A DNA stretch of 64,000 nt. It comes from Sulfurimonas sp. (GTDB lineage: Bacteria; Campylobacterota; Campylobacteria; Campylobacterales; Sulfurimonadaceae). The notes below the pieces were generated by a model. The model saw only the letters and a program-made list of their open reading frames with translations. It ran no database searches and was not told the DNA's origin. Positions 18,520-29,086 of this stretch are shown here, piece by piece. Position 1 is the stretch's first letter; each line of letters starts with the position of its first letter. The position numbers and the translations under genes are program-made. The DNA lies in contig NZ_JALSKT010000074.1 in the NCBI RefSeq assembly GCF_026988655.1, positions 20,000 through 83,999 of the forward strand. Direction: 5' to 3'.

Positions 18520-20439
18520 ATGGAAAAATATTTATATATAGCATTATTTGCTCCGCTTGTCAGTTCTTTGTTCTCAGCACTATTTACTGCAACACCAAAG
18601 AAGATGTTCACAGGTATAGTTGCAAGTTTATTAATCTTTAGTTCTTTAGTAAGTAGTTTTGTACTTCTAATGTATATTTTAGATGGTGGTGAACCTGTAC
18701 ATGTTGAAATGATGACATGGATGGCAACAGGGCATTTATATATTCCTTTTGGATTTATAGTTGATCAAGTATCAGTTACTATGATGATGGTTGTTACTTT
18801 GGTTTCAACTATCGTGCATATATACTCTATAGGTTACATGGATCACGATAAGGGATTCAATAGATTTTTCTCTTGGTTGTCAGCATTTGTATTTTCAATG
18901 ATGGTACTTGTAATGAGTGATAACTATGCTGGACTATTTATAGGATGGGAAGGTGTTGGTTTATGTTCATGGGGTCTTATTGGTTTTTGGTTTCATAAAG
19001 AGGTCGCAACTTGGGCAGCTAATGAAGCTTTCATTATGAACCGTATAGCTGACCTTGGTATGCTTATTGGTATTTTCTTAGTATATTGGAATACTGGTAC
19101 ATTACAATATGATGGTGCTTTTGCTGCGTTTAGTACTCTTGATACAGCTACATTAACTTGGATTGGTATATTTTTATTTATCGGTGCTATGGGTAAATCA
19201 GCACAGTTTCCATTACATACATGGCTTGCTGATGCGATGGAAGGTCCTACTCCGGTATCTGCATTGATTCACGCGGCAACAATGGTTACTGCAGGGGTGT
19301 ATCTTGTGGTACGTTCTGGTGAGCTTTATGATTTAATTCCAAACGTTGGTCTCTTTATCGCTAGTCTTGGTGCTTTTGTTGCTTTATTCGCAGCATCAAT
19401 GGCACTTGTTAACCGTGATATGAAAAGAATCATTGCGTACTCTACGCTTTCACAGTTAGGTTATATGTTTGCTGCTGCAGGTTTAGGTGCTTATTGGGTA
19501 GCATTGTTTCACCTTATGGCACACGCATTTTTCAAGGCATTACTATTCTTAGGTGCAGGTAATGTAATGCATGCTATGCATGATGAGTTAGATCCATTTA
19601 AAATGGGTGGATTGAAAAAAGTAATGAGATGGACTTGGATTATGATGACTATTGCTTCTTTAGCATTAGCGGGTATCTTTCCATTTGCAGGTTTCTTTTC
19701 AAAAGATACTATCTTAGAAGCTGCGTTTGCAGAACATCACTTTGTTATTTATGGTGTACTTCTTTTTACTGCAGGTTTAACAGCGTTTTATTCATTTAGA
19801 CTTGTTGCTTTAATCTTTCATGGTGAAGAGAGATATAAAATATTTGGTATTCATCCACATGAAGCGTATAGATTTATGCTTATAGCTATGAGTCCATTAT
19901 TGATTCTTGCTATGATTGCCGGGGTATTTCAAGTACCATTCTTTGAAATGGTTGAGGAAATTTTAAATGCCCATGAGTATCATATACATTCACATACTAC
20001 ATTGTTGATTATGTTGGTTGGTACACAAGTATTTGTTGCTTTAGCTATTCTTTATGCATATAAAAAATATGCATCATGGAGCAGTGTTCCAGATGGAACA
20101 AGTGCAATTGAAAACTCATTTGTTTATAAATTATTATATAACCAATACTACATCCCATATTTTTATGAAGAATACATTGTAAAATCATATAAAGAAATGT
20201 CAGAGGTATTCTGGACGAAAGTTGATATGAAAATTGTGGATGCAACAGTTGATGGTATCGCTGGTATTATATATGGAACTGGTGAAAAAACAAGAGATAT
20301 GCAAAGTGGTAACTTATCTACTATGCTAAAATGGATGGTAGCCGGTTTAGTTGGTTTATTGTCATTGGCTGTAGTTTTTGGACTTGCAGCAAGATATTCT
20401 GATGAGATATTATCTATCTTATCAGCCCTAGGAGTTTAG
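18520..20439 (+). CDS. nuoL: NADH-quinone oxidoreductase subunit L
   Basis: Antiporter-like subunit (WEGVGLCSW, GKSAQFPLHTWLADAMEGPTPVSALIHAATMV) with a long C-terminal lateral-helix extension. Confidence 0.95.
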   Translation: MEKYLYIALFAPLVSSLFSALFTATPKKMFTGIVASLLIFSSLVSSFVLLMYILDGGEPVHVEMMTWMATGHLYIPFGFIVDQVSVTMMMVVTLVSTIVHIYSIGYMDHDKGFNRFFSWLSAFVFSMMVLVMSDNYAGLFIGWEGVGLCSWGLIGFWFHKEVATWAANEAFIMNRIADLGMLIGIFLVYWNTGTLQYDGAFAAFSTLDTATLTWIGIFLFIGAMGKSAQFPLHTWLADAMEGPTPVSALIHAATMVTAGVYLVVRSGELYDLIPNVGLFIASLGAFVALFAASMALVNRDMKRIIAYSTLSQLGYMFAAAGLGAYWVALFHLMAHAFFKALLFLGAGNVMHAMHDELDPFKMGGLKKVMRWTWIMMTIASLALAGIFPFAGFFSKDTILEAAFAEHHFVIYGVLLFTAGLTAFYSFRLVALIFHGEERYKIFGIHPHEAYRFMLIAMSPLLILAMIAGVFQVPFFEMVEEILNAHEYHIHSHTTLLIMLVGTQVFVALAILYAYKKYASWSSVPDGTSAIENSFVYKLLYNQYYIPYFYEEYIVKSYKEMSEVFWTKVDMKIVDATVDGIAGIIYGTGEKTRDMQSGNLSTMLKWMVAGLVGLLSLAVVFGLAARYSDEILSILSALGV

Positions 20440-20442
20440 TAG

Positions 20443-22002
20443 ATGTTAGATCATATTTTATCGATATTAATATTCTTTCCTGCACTTGCAGGTGTATTTG
20501 GATTTATGATTCAAAAGGATGGGATGCGTGCATATGGTGTCTCTGTAGCTGCTATTGAATTTGCACTCTCTTTGTGGTTATGGTACGCATTTGATGGAAG
20601 TGTATCTGGTATGCAGTTTATGGAAAGTTTGCCATTAGTTCCATCATTTGGAATTAATTACACTCTAGGTGTTGATGGTATCTCTTTATTTATTATAGTT
20701 TTAGCAGCATTTTTTACTCTTCTTGGTATTGGTTCATTAACTGATACTGCAAATGTAAAATATATGATTATTACCTTGTTATTTTTACAAATGACAATGG
20801 TAGGTGTCTTTGCTGCACTTGATGCAATTGTATTTTATGTATTTTGGGAACTTTCTCTTGTACCTATGGTTTATATCATTGGTGCATGGGGTGGTCCATT
20901 ACGAATTTATGCTTCAATCAAGTTTTTCTTATATACATTTACAGGTTCTCTAGTAATGCTAGTAGGTATGCTTTTTATGGCTTATTTTTACTATCAAGCG
21001 ACAGGTGTTTGGAGCTTTGGACTTCTTGACTGGTATAGACTTGTTTTACCTGAAAATTTACAGCTTTGGTTATTTGCAGCATTCTTTATTGGATTTGCTA
21101 TTAAGGTGCCAATGTTTCCATTTCATACATGGTTACCGTATGCACATGGACAAGCTCCAACGATTGGTTCTGTAATCCTAGCTGCTATCTTACTTAAGAT
21201 GGGAACATATGCTTTTGTGAGATTTTCATTACCATTATTTCCTGATGCATCTGCATTTTTTATGATTCCAATTGCAATTTTAGCGATTATCATGGTTATA
21301 TATACTGCTATGGTTGCTTATGCGCAAAAAGATATTAAACAAGTAATTGCATATTCATCTATCTCTCACATGGGGATAATTATCTTAGGAACTTTTGCAT
21401 TGAATGTTGAAGGTGTAACTGGTTCAATTTTTCTAATGCTTGGTCACGGTGTTGTAGCCGGTGCGCTCTTTTTGCTTGTAGGTGTTATCTATGATAGACG
21501 TCACACAAAAATGATGAGTGAATTTGGTGGACTAGCTCATGTTATGCCTAAATATGCAACTATCTTCGCTATTATGATGATGGCTTCGGTTGGAATGCCA
21601 TTAACAATTAACTTTGTTGGAGAGTTTTTATCTTTACTTGGATTTTATCAACAATCACACATCCTAACACTTCTAGCGGGAATTGGTATTATTGTTGGTG
21701 CTATTTATATGCTTGCAGCGTATAAAAAAGTATTTTTTGGTGAAGTTACAAATGAAAAAAATGAAAATTTACCTGATGTTAATAAAAAAGAATTATTTGC
21801 TTTAGTTCCACTTGTTATTGTGGCAATCTGGCTTGGTGTCTATCCAAAACCAGTACTAGATCCGATAAACAACTCTGTAAAATCTATTATTCAACTTATG
21901 CATAATAAATCTATAACAGAATTAGGGCAAGAAAGAATTCCTGATTTGGTTAAGGTAAAAGAGATTGTTATACAAGAGACTACTATAGAGGAGGTACGCT
22001 AA
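20443..22002 (+). CDS. nuoM: NADH-quinone oxidoreductase subunit M
   Basis: Antiporter-like (WELSLVPM, KVPMFPFHTWLP, AYSSISHMG). Confidence 0.95.
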   Translation: MLDHILSILIFFPALAGVFGFMIQKDGMRAYGVSVAAIEFALSLWLWYAFDGSVSGMQFMESLPLVPSFGINYTLGVDGISLFIIVLAAFFTLLGIGSLTDTANVKYMIITLLFLQMTMVGVFAALDAIVFYVFWELSLVPMVYIIGAWGGPLRIYASIKFFLYTFTGSLVMLVGMLFMAYFYYQATGVWSFGLLDWYRLVLPENLQLWLFAAFFIGFAIKVPMFPFHTWLPYAHGQAPTIGSVILAAILLKMGTYAFVRFSLPLFPDASAFFMIPIAILAIIMVIYTAMVAYAQKDIKQVIAYSSISHMGIIILGTFALNVEGVTGSIFLMLGHGVVAGALFLLVGVIYDRRHTKMMSEFGGLAHVMPKYATIFAIMMMASVGMPLTINFVGEFLSLLGFYQQSHILTLLAGIGIIVGAIYMLAAYKKVFFGEVTNEKNENLPDVNKKELFALVPLVIVAIWLGVYPKPVLDPINNSVKSIIQLMHNKSITELGQERIPDLVKVKEIVIQETTIEEVR

Positions 22003-23510
22003 TGTTAGCACCTATCAATATTTCAATGGAGTCTTTAAATGTATTGACTCTTACTCCAATGCTTATTCCAGTTGTTGGTGCATTATTAATCTTAGTCCTT
22101 GATGTTATCAAAGGGGGACTTCATAAGTCTCTTTATGTAGTGTTAAGCTTATTGTTCTTGGCGATGGACTTTTTTAGTGTAGTTGATTCTGCAGGTATAT
22201 TTGCACAAAATGGTACTGTTTTAGGTATGTTTGATGTAATGCTCATTGATGGTTTAGCAATTTTAGCACAGTTTATTATTGTACTTGCATCAATGCTATT
22301 TATTCCTTTGTCATTAACACATAAACGTTTTCATGAGTTTTCATATCCTGAGTTTTATGCTCTTTTCTTATTTATGATTTCAGGTTTTCAGTTTATGGTT
22401 GCAACGGACAATATTATTCTTATATTTGTCGGTCTTGAGACTTCGTCTTTAGCTTTATATACATTGATTGCTATGCACAATCGTGACAAATCATTTGAAG
22501 CAGCAGTAAAATACTTTACAATGGGCGCATTAGCAGCAGGCTTCTTTAGTTTTGGTGCTATGGTGTTTTATGCATTGACAGGTTCTGTTGAAATTAATAA
22601 AATTGCTTTAGTTTTAGCAGCAAATGGCTATGCAGATATAGGATATGTCCTTGTTGGTGTTGCTTTTATGCTTGGGGCATTTGCGTTTAAACTTTCTTTG
22701 ATTCCTTTTCATACGTGGGCTCCAGATATTTATGAAGGTTCATCTGCATCTATGGCTGGTTATATGTCAATTGTGCCTAAAATAGCAGCTTTCATTGTTG
22801 CTATGAGATTTTTTGAATTTTTAGTGCATAGTGGTATCGTTTGGTTAGAAGTTGTACTTTATGCTTTTGTTGTGCTTACTATGACTGCTTCAAATATGTG
22901 GGCTTTAGTACAAACAGATGTAAAGCGTATGCTTGCTTATTCGTCAATTTCTCATGCTGGTTTTGTTATGGCAGCAATTTTGATAGGTACTACACAAGCA
23001 AATAGTGCTTTATTCTTATACTGGGTACTTTTTACATTTACAAACCTTGGATCATTTTCAATGCTTTGGATTTCTCGTCAAAAGAATTTGCCAGCGCACC
23101 AGATGTCAGATCACTCTTATGACAAATTTGCAGGTATGATTAAAACTGCGCCGGTTGCCGCATTGATTATGGGTCTTTTTATGTTAAGTCTTGCTGGTTT
23201 ACCACCATTTGCACTCTTTTGGGGTAAATTGTACCTTATTAGTTCGGCTGTGACGAGTGGGTATACAGTCTTAGCATTGATCATGGCTCTTAACTCTGCT
23301 ATAGCAGGCTACTACTACTTAAAACTTATAGTGTATATGTTTATGAAAGAACCTGTCATGGGTAATGATGGGCATATGTATGTTGCAAATGCAACCTTAG
23401 CATTAAAAACTATTATTGGAATTGCAGCAATAGGAACTATATTTGCTTTTGTAGCTATAAATCCACTCTTAGAGTTTATTACAGCTTTTGTATATAACAG
23501 TGGATATTAA
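22002..23510 (+). CDS. nuoN: NADH-quinone oxidoreductase subunit N
   Basis: Antiporter-like (GLETSSLALY, KLSLIPFHTWAPDIYEG, AYSSISHAG). Last nuo gene. Confidence 0.9.
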   Translation: MLAPINISMESLNVLTLTPMLIPVVGALLILVLDVIKGGLHKSLYVVLSLLFLAMDFFSVVDSAGIFAQNGTVLGMFDVMLIDGLAILAQFIIVLASMLFIPLSLTHKRFHEFSYPEFYALFLFMISGFQFMVATDNIILIFVGLETSSLALYTLIAMHNRDKSFEAAVKYFTMGALAAGFFSFGAMVFYALTGSVEINKIALVLAANGYADIGYVLVGVAFMLGAFAFKLSLIPFHTWAPDIYEGSSASMAGYMSIVPKIAAFIVAMRFFEFLVHSGIVWLEVVLYAFVVLTMTASNMWALVQTDVKRMLAYSSISHAGFVMAAILIGTTQANSALFLYWVLFTFTNLGSFSMLWISRQKNLPAHQMSDHSYDKFAGMIKTAPVAALIMGLFMLSLAGLPPFALFWGKLYLISSAVTSGYTVLALIMALNSAIAGYYYLKLIVYMFMKEPVMGNDGHMYVANATLALKTIIGIAAIGTIFAFVAINPLLEFITAFVYNSGY

Positions 23511-23545
23511 TAGTTTTAATAACTAATTATGAGGGGAGAGGGAAT

Positions 23546-25903
23546 TTGTTAAAATGGATACTCTTTACTCTCTTTACTCTAAACTCTTTTGCACTTGAAA
23601 TTTCGATAGATAGTGCAAAAGATGACTTTACAAAATACTCAGTACTTACACTGAAAAACCCTACATCATTTACTTGCCAAACAATAAAAAATGATTTTAA
23701 TGTTGTAACAAAAGTGATTTGTGCATTTTCTAAAAAACCATCTCAAAATTTAAAATATTTACAAAATGATTTTTTTAAAGTGAACACAACAAGAAAAAAA
23801 GATATATTTTTTCTTATCATACAACCTGTACATAAGATAAAGCTTATAGCTGATATTTTTGATTTGACAAAAGATGATACATTTTTTAGTGTCAATGCTA
23901 GGGTATCAAAGAGATGGACTATTTTGGGATATAAAAGTAAAGTCCCTCTTTTGAAAGAAGAAAAAAAAACTTCTGAGATAGCCATTGATTTTCCATTTTT
24001 TTTAGACAAGAGTAAATTGCCTTATGTTGGAAGTTTAGACCTAAAAGGCAATCCTGTTCACATAAAAAAAGTTGAAGATGTTAAAGACTATTTGAAAGTA
24101 AAAAAATTCTATAAAGAAAAAAGATATGACTTTTGTTTAGAATCTATTGAAGATATACTGAAATACTATCCAAATACTCTTTTTAAAGATGAACTACTCT
24201 ACTACAAAATAAAAGTATTTGATAAATTAAAAGAATGGGAAAATGTCTTAAGTAGTGCAAAAACATTTTTACGTGAATACTCTTCGAGTGATAATGTAGC
24301 AGAAGTTCTCTCTTTACTTGCAAGAGCATATACAAAAATGTCGCTCAATACTGATGCAGATTATTTCTTTGATAGACTTTTTAGTGAGCATAGTGAAAGC
24401 GTTTATGCGCAATGGGGATATATTTATAAAGGTGAAATGCTTGAAGAATCTGGTGGGACAAGTGAAGCTATAAAATACTATCAAAAAGCATTGCAACAGA
24501 CAAATGATTTGGAAGTTGCTGCTACTGCTGCGTTTAAATTAGTCAATCTATATCTTGGAAAGTCTACAAAAAAAGCTGCCCAGTATGCTATGAAAATTGT
24601 CAAAGCGAAACCTGACTTTTTTATGGAAGATTTACCTGTCTCTAAAAAGATGATGGAAAGCTTTGCTGATGCAGGTTATTATGAAGTGGCATCTGCTATT
24701 GCAGACGCTATTTTAATGCATATAGATGCAACGTATGATGAATATGAAGAGTTATTAAAAAATAAAGCAATATGGTTGGCAAAAACAGATAAAAAAGAAG
24801 AAGCACTGGCTGCATTGAATGAGTATATGAAAAAATTTCCAGATGGTGATTATATTGACGTAGTGCAAACGACCAAAGATGAACTGTTTTTTGATATTGA
24901 AGATTTAAATGTTAGCGAAAAAATGCAAGAGTTGGATAAACTTATACAAGAGTATGGGGATGATACAATTGGAGAAAGAGCACTCTATGAAAAAGCAAAG
25001 CTTCTTCTTGCAAATAAAAAATATACGCAAGTGCTAGAGATGCAAAATCAGCTTGAACGACTAGATGAAGGTATCTATCCTGAAGTAGAGAATATTGTAC
25101 ATAATGCGGCTATAGGAATGATGAAACTTGCTTTGCAAGAGAAAAATTGTGCGCAGGTATTGGTCATATCTAATGAGCATAATATAACACTCTCAGACAG
25201 CTGGGATGATGGCATATATAGCTGTGCTATGCAAGGTGGTGATTTTCAACTCTCTAAAAAGATTGCTATGAAAAATGTTAAGTCAAAAGATATTCAAGAG
25301 AGAATGAAATGGCTGTATCGATATATAAAAGTAGATTTTGCAACGGGAAATTATACTGAACTTGTAGATGCTTCTAAAGATTTGATAGCATTGATAGATA
25401 ATCCAAAAACATCACCTTATAAAGAAGTCTATCGTATACTTTTTGATACATATAAAAGAGTTGAGAAAAAAGACAAAATGCTTAAAGTGATGATGAAAAT
25501 AGAAGAGATATTTGGACTCGACTATAAAGATATTGATAGATATGTAGCGATGATAACATTAGCAGATGAAATGCATGATGATAATATGCTTATAAAATAT
25601 GCAAATAAAGTACTACAAATACAAAAAGAGTCGAACTCGTATGCACAGAGTCCATTTGTAGAGTTTGCACTTTATGGGGCATATATGAACAAAAAAGAGT
25701 ACAACAAAGCACTTGATGTGATTTCATCCCTCAATAAAATAAAACTAAACCCAGAGCAAAGAGCGAGACAAAAATATCTACTTGGTACCGTTCTTGCAAA
25801 GTTATGGAGAGATGATGAGGCAAAAGTTGCTTATCAATCTGCAATACAAGCAGATAAAAATTCTCCATGGGCAAAACTAGCTACTACTGCGCTTAATTAT
25901 TAA
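23546..25903 (+). CDS. pflA: Periplasmic TPR-repeat protein, PflA-like (flagellar motor scaffold) by size and synteny
   Basis: TTG start after GAGGGGAGAGGG. Signal peptide, about 785 aa, multiple TPR-like helices. In C. jejuni the gene directly downstream of nuoN is pflA, about 788 aa (from memory). Confidence 0.5.
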   Translation: MLKWILFTLFTLNSFALEISIDSAKDDFTKYSVLTLKNPTSFTCQTIKNDFNVVTKVICAFSKKPSQNLKYLQNDFFKVNTTRKKDIFFLIIQPVHKIKLIADIFDLTKDDTFFSVNARVSKRWTILGYKSKVPLLKEEKKTSEIAIDFPFFLDKSKLPYVGSLDLKGNPVHIKKVEDVKDYLKVKKFYKEKRYDFCLESIEDILKYYPNTLFKDELLYYKIKVFDKLKEWENVLSSAKTFLREYSSSDNVAEVLSLLARAYTKMSLNTDADYFFDRLFSEHSESVYAQWGYIYKGEMLEESGGTSEAIKYYQKALQQTNDLEVAATAAFKLVNLYLGKSTKKAAQYAMKIVKAKPDFFMEDLPVSKKMMESFADAGYYEVASAIADAILMHIDATYDEYEELLKNKAIWLAKTDKKEEALAALNEYMKKFPDGDYIDVVQTTKDELFFDIEDLNVSEKMQELDKLIQEYGDDTIGERALYEKAKLLLANKKYTQVLEMQNQLERLDEGIYPEVENIVHNAAIGMMKLALQEKNCAQVLVISNEHNITLSDSWDDGIYSCAMQGGDFQLSKKIAMKNVKSKDIQERMKWLYRYIKVDFATGNYTELVDASKDLIALIDNPKTSPYKEVYRILFDTYKRVEKKDKMLKVMMKIEEIFGLDYKDIDRYVAMITLADEMHDDNMLIKYANKVLQIQKESNSYAQSPFVEFALYGAYMNKKEYNKALDVISSLNKIKLNPEQRARQKYLLGTVLAKLWRDDEAKVAYQSAIQADKNSPWAKLATTALNY

Positions 25904-25976
25904 CAGATTAATGTGATATTTCATACTTATAAGTGTAATTTTTAGGCTTTGTATCTTAAATGTAATTTTTTTTTAC

Positions 25977-25982
25977 TATAAT
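25977..25982 (+). promoter_or_regulatory. Candidate -10 box (TATAAT) preceded by a T-tract, upstream of gspG
   Basis: TTTTTTTTACTATAAT lies 29 nt upstream of the gspG ATG, in a 107-bp intergenic region. Confidence 0.25.
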
Positions 25983-26010
25983 AAGTAATCAAATAAGCAA
26001 AGGTAGTTTT

Positions 26011-26442
26011 ATGCAAAGAAATATGAGAAGAGGTTTCACTTTAATTGAACTAATGATTGTTATCGTGATTCTTGGTCTTTTGGCTGCAATGGTTATGCCA
26101 AGTCTTACAGGAAAAGGTGAAGAAGCGAAGCGCAACCTTGTATGTGTACAGATGAAAAGTATTTATGATGGTGCCCTAGATATGTTTAAAATAAACAATA
26201 GCGTATATCCTTCAACGAGTGAAGGGCTTGAAGCACTTGTTAAAAATCCAGATCCTGATAAATATCCAAACTATGCTACAAGTGGGTACTTTAAAGATAA
26301 TAAACTTCCAAAAGATTCTTGGGGCAGTCCATTTATATATATTAATGATGAAGGACATGTTGAACTTATCTCTTTAGGTGCTGATAGAAAAGAAGGCGGT
26401 AAAGATGAAAGTGCAGATATTAAGATGAGTGAGTGTAAATAG
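26011..26442 (+). CDS. gspG: Type II secretion major pseudopilin GspG
   Basis: Prepilin leader MQRNMRRG/FTLIELMIVIVILGLLAA and the GspG C-terminal signature DSWGSPFIY...SLGADRKEGG..ADI. Confidence 0.9.
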   Translation: MQRNMRRGFTLIELMIVIVILGLLAAMVMPSLTGKGEEAKRNLVCVQMKSIYDGALDMFKINNSVYPSTSEGLEALVKNPDPDKYPNYATSGYFKDNKLPKDSWGSPFIYINDEGHVELISLGADRKEGGKDESADIKMSECK

Positions 26443-26445
26443 ATA

Positions 26446-26964
26446 TTGGCAAAAAATGCTTTTACCTTGATAGAGTTACTCATAGTTATTGTAATCATGG
26501 GTGTTATTTATACACTTGCTATAAGTAACTTCTCTCAATTAAGTCAAGATACACATTCACTGCGTTTAGATAACTTAAAAGAGTATCTTCTTGCACAAAA
26601 ACCACAGCATGAAGCAAAGCTAATATGTTTAGATGATTGCTCAAGTTGTGATGTTTATGTGGATGGAAATAAAACGCAGAGCATAGATGGCTTACTAGAT
26701 GAGAGTGTGAAAGTGTATAGGTATGAGCAATCATATGGATATGTGCAAAAGAAAGAAGAAGTTTTTTTTAACAAAGATGGTATTGAAGAAAATGTCTGTT
26801 TTTTGTATGGTGTAGATAAAAGTGGAGTAGGTGAACAAGTGTTAATAGAATTTAAAAATAGATATTATGACATGTCAAACTATTTTGAACCATTAAAAGT
26901 CTACAAATCAGTGCAAGAAGCACAAGAAGCCAAAGAAGAGTTGGCAAATGAAGTTCTACAATGA
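26446..26964 (+). CDS. T2SS minor pseudopilin (GspH-like by size)
   Basis: TTG start. Leader MAKNA/FTLIELLIVIVIMGV with Ala at -1 and Glu at +5. Confidence 0.65.
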   Translation: MAKNAFTLIELLIVIVIMGVIYTLAISNFSQLSQDTHSLRLDNLKEYLLAQKPQHEAKLICLDDCSSCDVYVDGNKTQSIDGLLDESVKVYRYEQSYGYVQKKEEVFFNKDGIEENVCFLYGVDKSGVGEQVLIEFKNRYYDMSNYFEPLKVYKSVQEAQEAKEELANEVLQ

Positions 26965-28175
26965 TATACAAGTTTAAAGGGATAAATGCTGAGGGCAAAA
27001 AAGTCAATGACAAGATAGAAGCACAGTCCTTAGCTGAAGCAAAAAGTAAATTAAAATCTAAAAAGATTCTCTACAAAAGTATTACAGAAGATACTCCTTC
27101 CCTATTTGATAGTATAGATTTCAGTAGAAAGTATAAGATATCTCCACAAGAACTCTCTGTACTTTCTCGTGAACTTGCAATGTATATTCGCTCAGGTATA
27201 ACTATAGTTGCTGCACTGAGGGTTATTCAGTCACATTATGATAAAAACAAAAAAATAAAGCTTTTTTTAACGACAATAAGTACCTATCTTGATGAAGGAA
27301 AAGATTTTTACTCCGCTTTGGAAGAGCAGAATGTTGTTGTTTTACCACCATTTTTTAAGCAGTCTATCAAAGTAAGTGAAAATGGTGGGGTTTTAGATGA
27401 AGTTCTTTTAGAACTTTCACGCTTTTTAAAAGAACAAGATAAAATAAACAAAGAGATTAAATCAGCTTTTGCTTATCCATCTTTTATGATTATAGTTTCT
27501 CTATTAATGATCTCCTTTATGCTTACTTTTGTGGTTCCTCAAATTACAGGTATCTTTGAGAGTATGAATCAAAAACTTCCAACACCGACAATAGTTGTCA
27601 TCTCGATGGGAGACTTTTTCAATACACACTTTAAAGCGATGTTAGCTGTCATATTTGTAGGAACTGCTACATTTATGTTACTGATGAAACGCAGTCACAA
27701 ATTTGCATATGCTGTACATAAGTTTTTACTTAAACTACCACTTTTTGGAACCATAATAGAAAAAAGTGAACTTGCAAGATTTTCTTACATTGCTTCACTT
27801 CTTACACGTTCTGGTGTGCCTTTTGTTAAAACAGTAAACTTGAGTGCAAATGTACTAAACAATCTTGTGCTTAAAGAACTTTTTGTTGATGCTTCCAAGC
27901 AAGTTGTAGAAGGAAAACTACTCTCTAAAGCCTTGAATGAAGCAGATACAAAAATAGACTATGCCTTTATCCAGTCTATTGCTTTGGGTGAAGAGACATC
28001 AGAAGTTGAAAATGTACTTACAAACATATCAGAACTCTATTTTGAAGAAAATAAGGACAAAATAGCAACTTTGTTGACACTTCTAGAACCATCTTTAATG
28101 TTGTTTGTTGGTGGAAGTATCGGCTTTATTGTAGCTGCAATGCTTTTACCAATTTTTTCCATGAGTATTCATTAG
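26961..28175 (+). CDS. gspF: T2SS inner-membrane platform protein GspF
   Basis: ATGA overlap. Duplicated GspF/PilC domain architecture, three TM segments, N-terminus YKFKGINAEGKKV. Confidence 0.9.
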   Translation: MIYKFKGINAEGKKVNDKIEAQSLAEAKSKLKSKKILYKSITEDTPSLFDSIDFSRKYKISPQELSVLSRELAMYIRSGITIVAALRVIQSHYDKNKKIKLFLTTISTYLDEGKDFYSALEEQNVVVLPPFFKQSIKVSENGGVLDEVLLELSRFLKEQDKINKEIKSAFAYPSFMIIVSLLMISFMLTFVVPQITGIFESMNQKLPTPTIVVISMGDFFNTHFKAMLAVIFVGTATFMLLMKRSHKFAYAVHKFLLKLPLFGTIIEKSELARFSYIASLLTRSGVPFVKTVNLSANVLNNLVLKELFVDASKQVVEGKLLSKALNEADTKIDYAFIQSIALGEETSEVENVLTNISELYFEENKDKIATLLTLLEPSLMLFVGGSIGFIVAAMLLPIFSMSIH

Positions 28176-28177
28176 TA

Positions 28178-29086
28178 ATGAGAAATAGAATGAGAAAAGC
28201 CATAGCTTTAATGATAACACTTTTTTTTATTATGGCAATAACATTAAGTCTTGGCATCGGTTTGAAGTACGTTAAAGAAGGCGCACAAAGTGTGAATTCT
28301 GAACAGTTTATCTTGCAATGTAGAAGTTTACTAGATGACCTTATCACATTACTAAAAACATCACCAGATATTGCTGCAATCAATTCAGCAGATACTCTGA
28401 CTTTATTTCTGGCACAGGCTTCATTTATACCGCTTAATAGTAATGATGTGAATGTTATTATTGAGATTGAAAGTGCACGATCAAAAATAACTCCTGAACT
28501 TTTTAAAAATCAAGAAAAAAGTGAAATAATGCGAAGTTTTTTCTCGACAAACGCAGTAAATCCAGAGTATGTGGATATTTTACATGATTTAATGAATGGT
28601 ATAAAAGAAGATGGTGCATACAATACAGATATTTTTAATGACAATCCTTATCTTTTTAGGGATTATATCGCTTCAGCTAAACATTTAGAAGAAGCACAAA
28701 AGTTTTATGAAGAACGCTTTCATGATGAGGCTCTAAGAAAGATTGATCAAAGCAAACTTTTTTATCTCTCACAAGAGACAAATGCAACAAATTATAAAGT
28801 TGATCTTAACCATGCGACACCTTTGGTATGGGAACTTCTTTTAGGCTGTGATAAAGAAAGAGCAAAAGTCTTATATGCGAATGAAGGTCTTTACACATCA
28901 CAAAATGATCTGCTTTTAAGTGAAGATGAAAATCTCTCTTTGCAAAAATTTCGTCAAAATATTAGTTATTATGAGCCATATATAGCTATAAAAATAAGGA
29001 TTATGCATAAAAACCAAACAGCAAATATCAGTTTTGAGTATAATTTAGAATCTAAAAAGGGGTCTAATTTTGTTTTGGAAGTTTAA
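28178..29086 (+). CDS. gspK: T2SS minor pseudopilin GspK-like
   Basis: Non-cleavable pseudopilin-type N-terminus RKAIALMITLFFIMAITLSLG and an internal helix-hairpin-helix-like VDLNHATPLVWELLLG, as in GspK. Confidence 0.6.
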   Translation: MRNRMRKAIALMITLFFIMAITLSLGIGLKYVKEGAQSVNSEQFILQCRSLLDDLITLLKTSPDIAAINSADTLTLFLAQASFIPLNSNDVNVIIEIESARSKITPELFKNQEKSEIMRSFFSTNAVNPEYVDILHDLMNGIKEDGAYNTDIFNDNPYLFRDYIASAKHLEEAQKFYEERFHDEALRKIDQSKLFYLSQETNATNYKVDLNHATPLVWELLLGCDKERAKVLYANEGLYTSQNDLLLSEDENLSLQKFRQNISYYEPYIAIKIRIMHKNQTANISFEYNLESKKGSNFVLEV

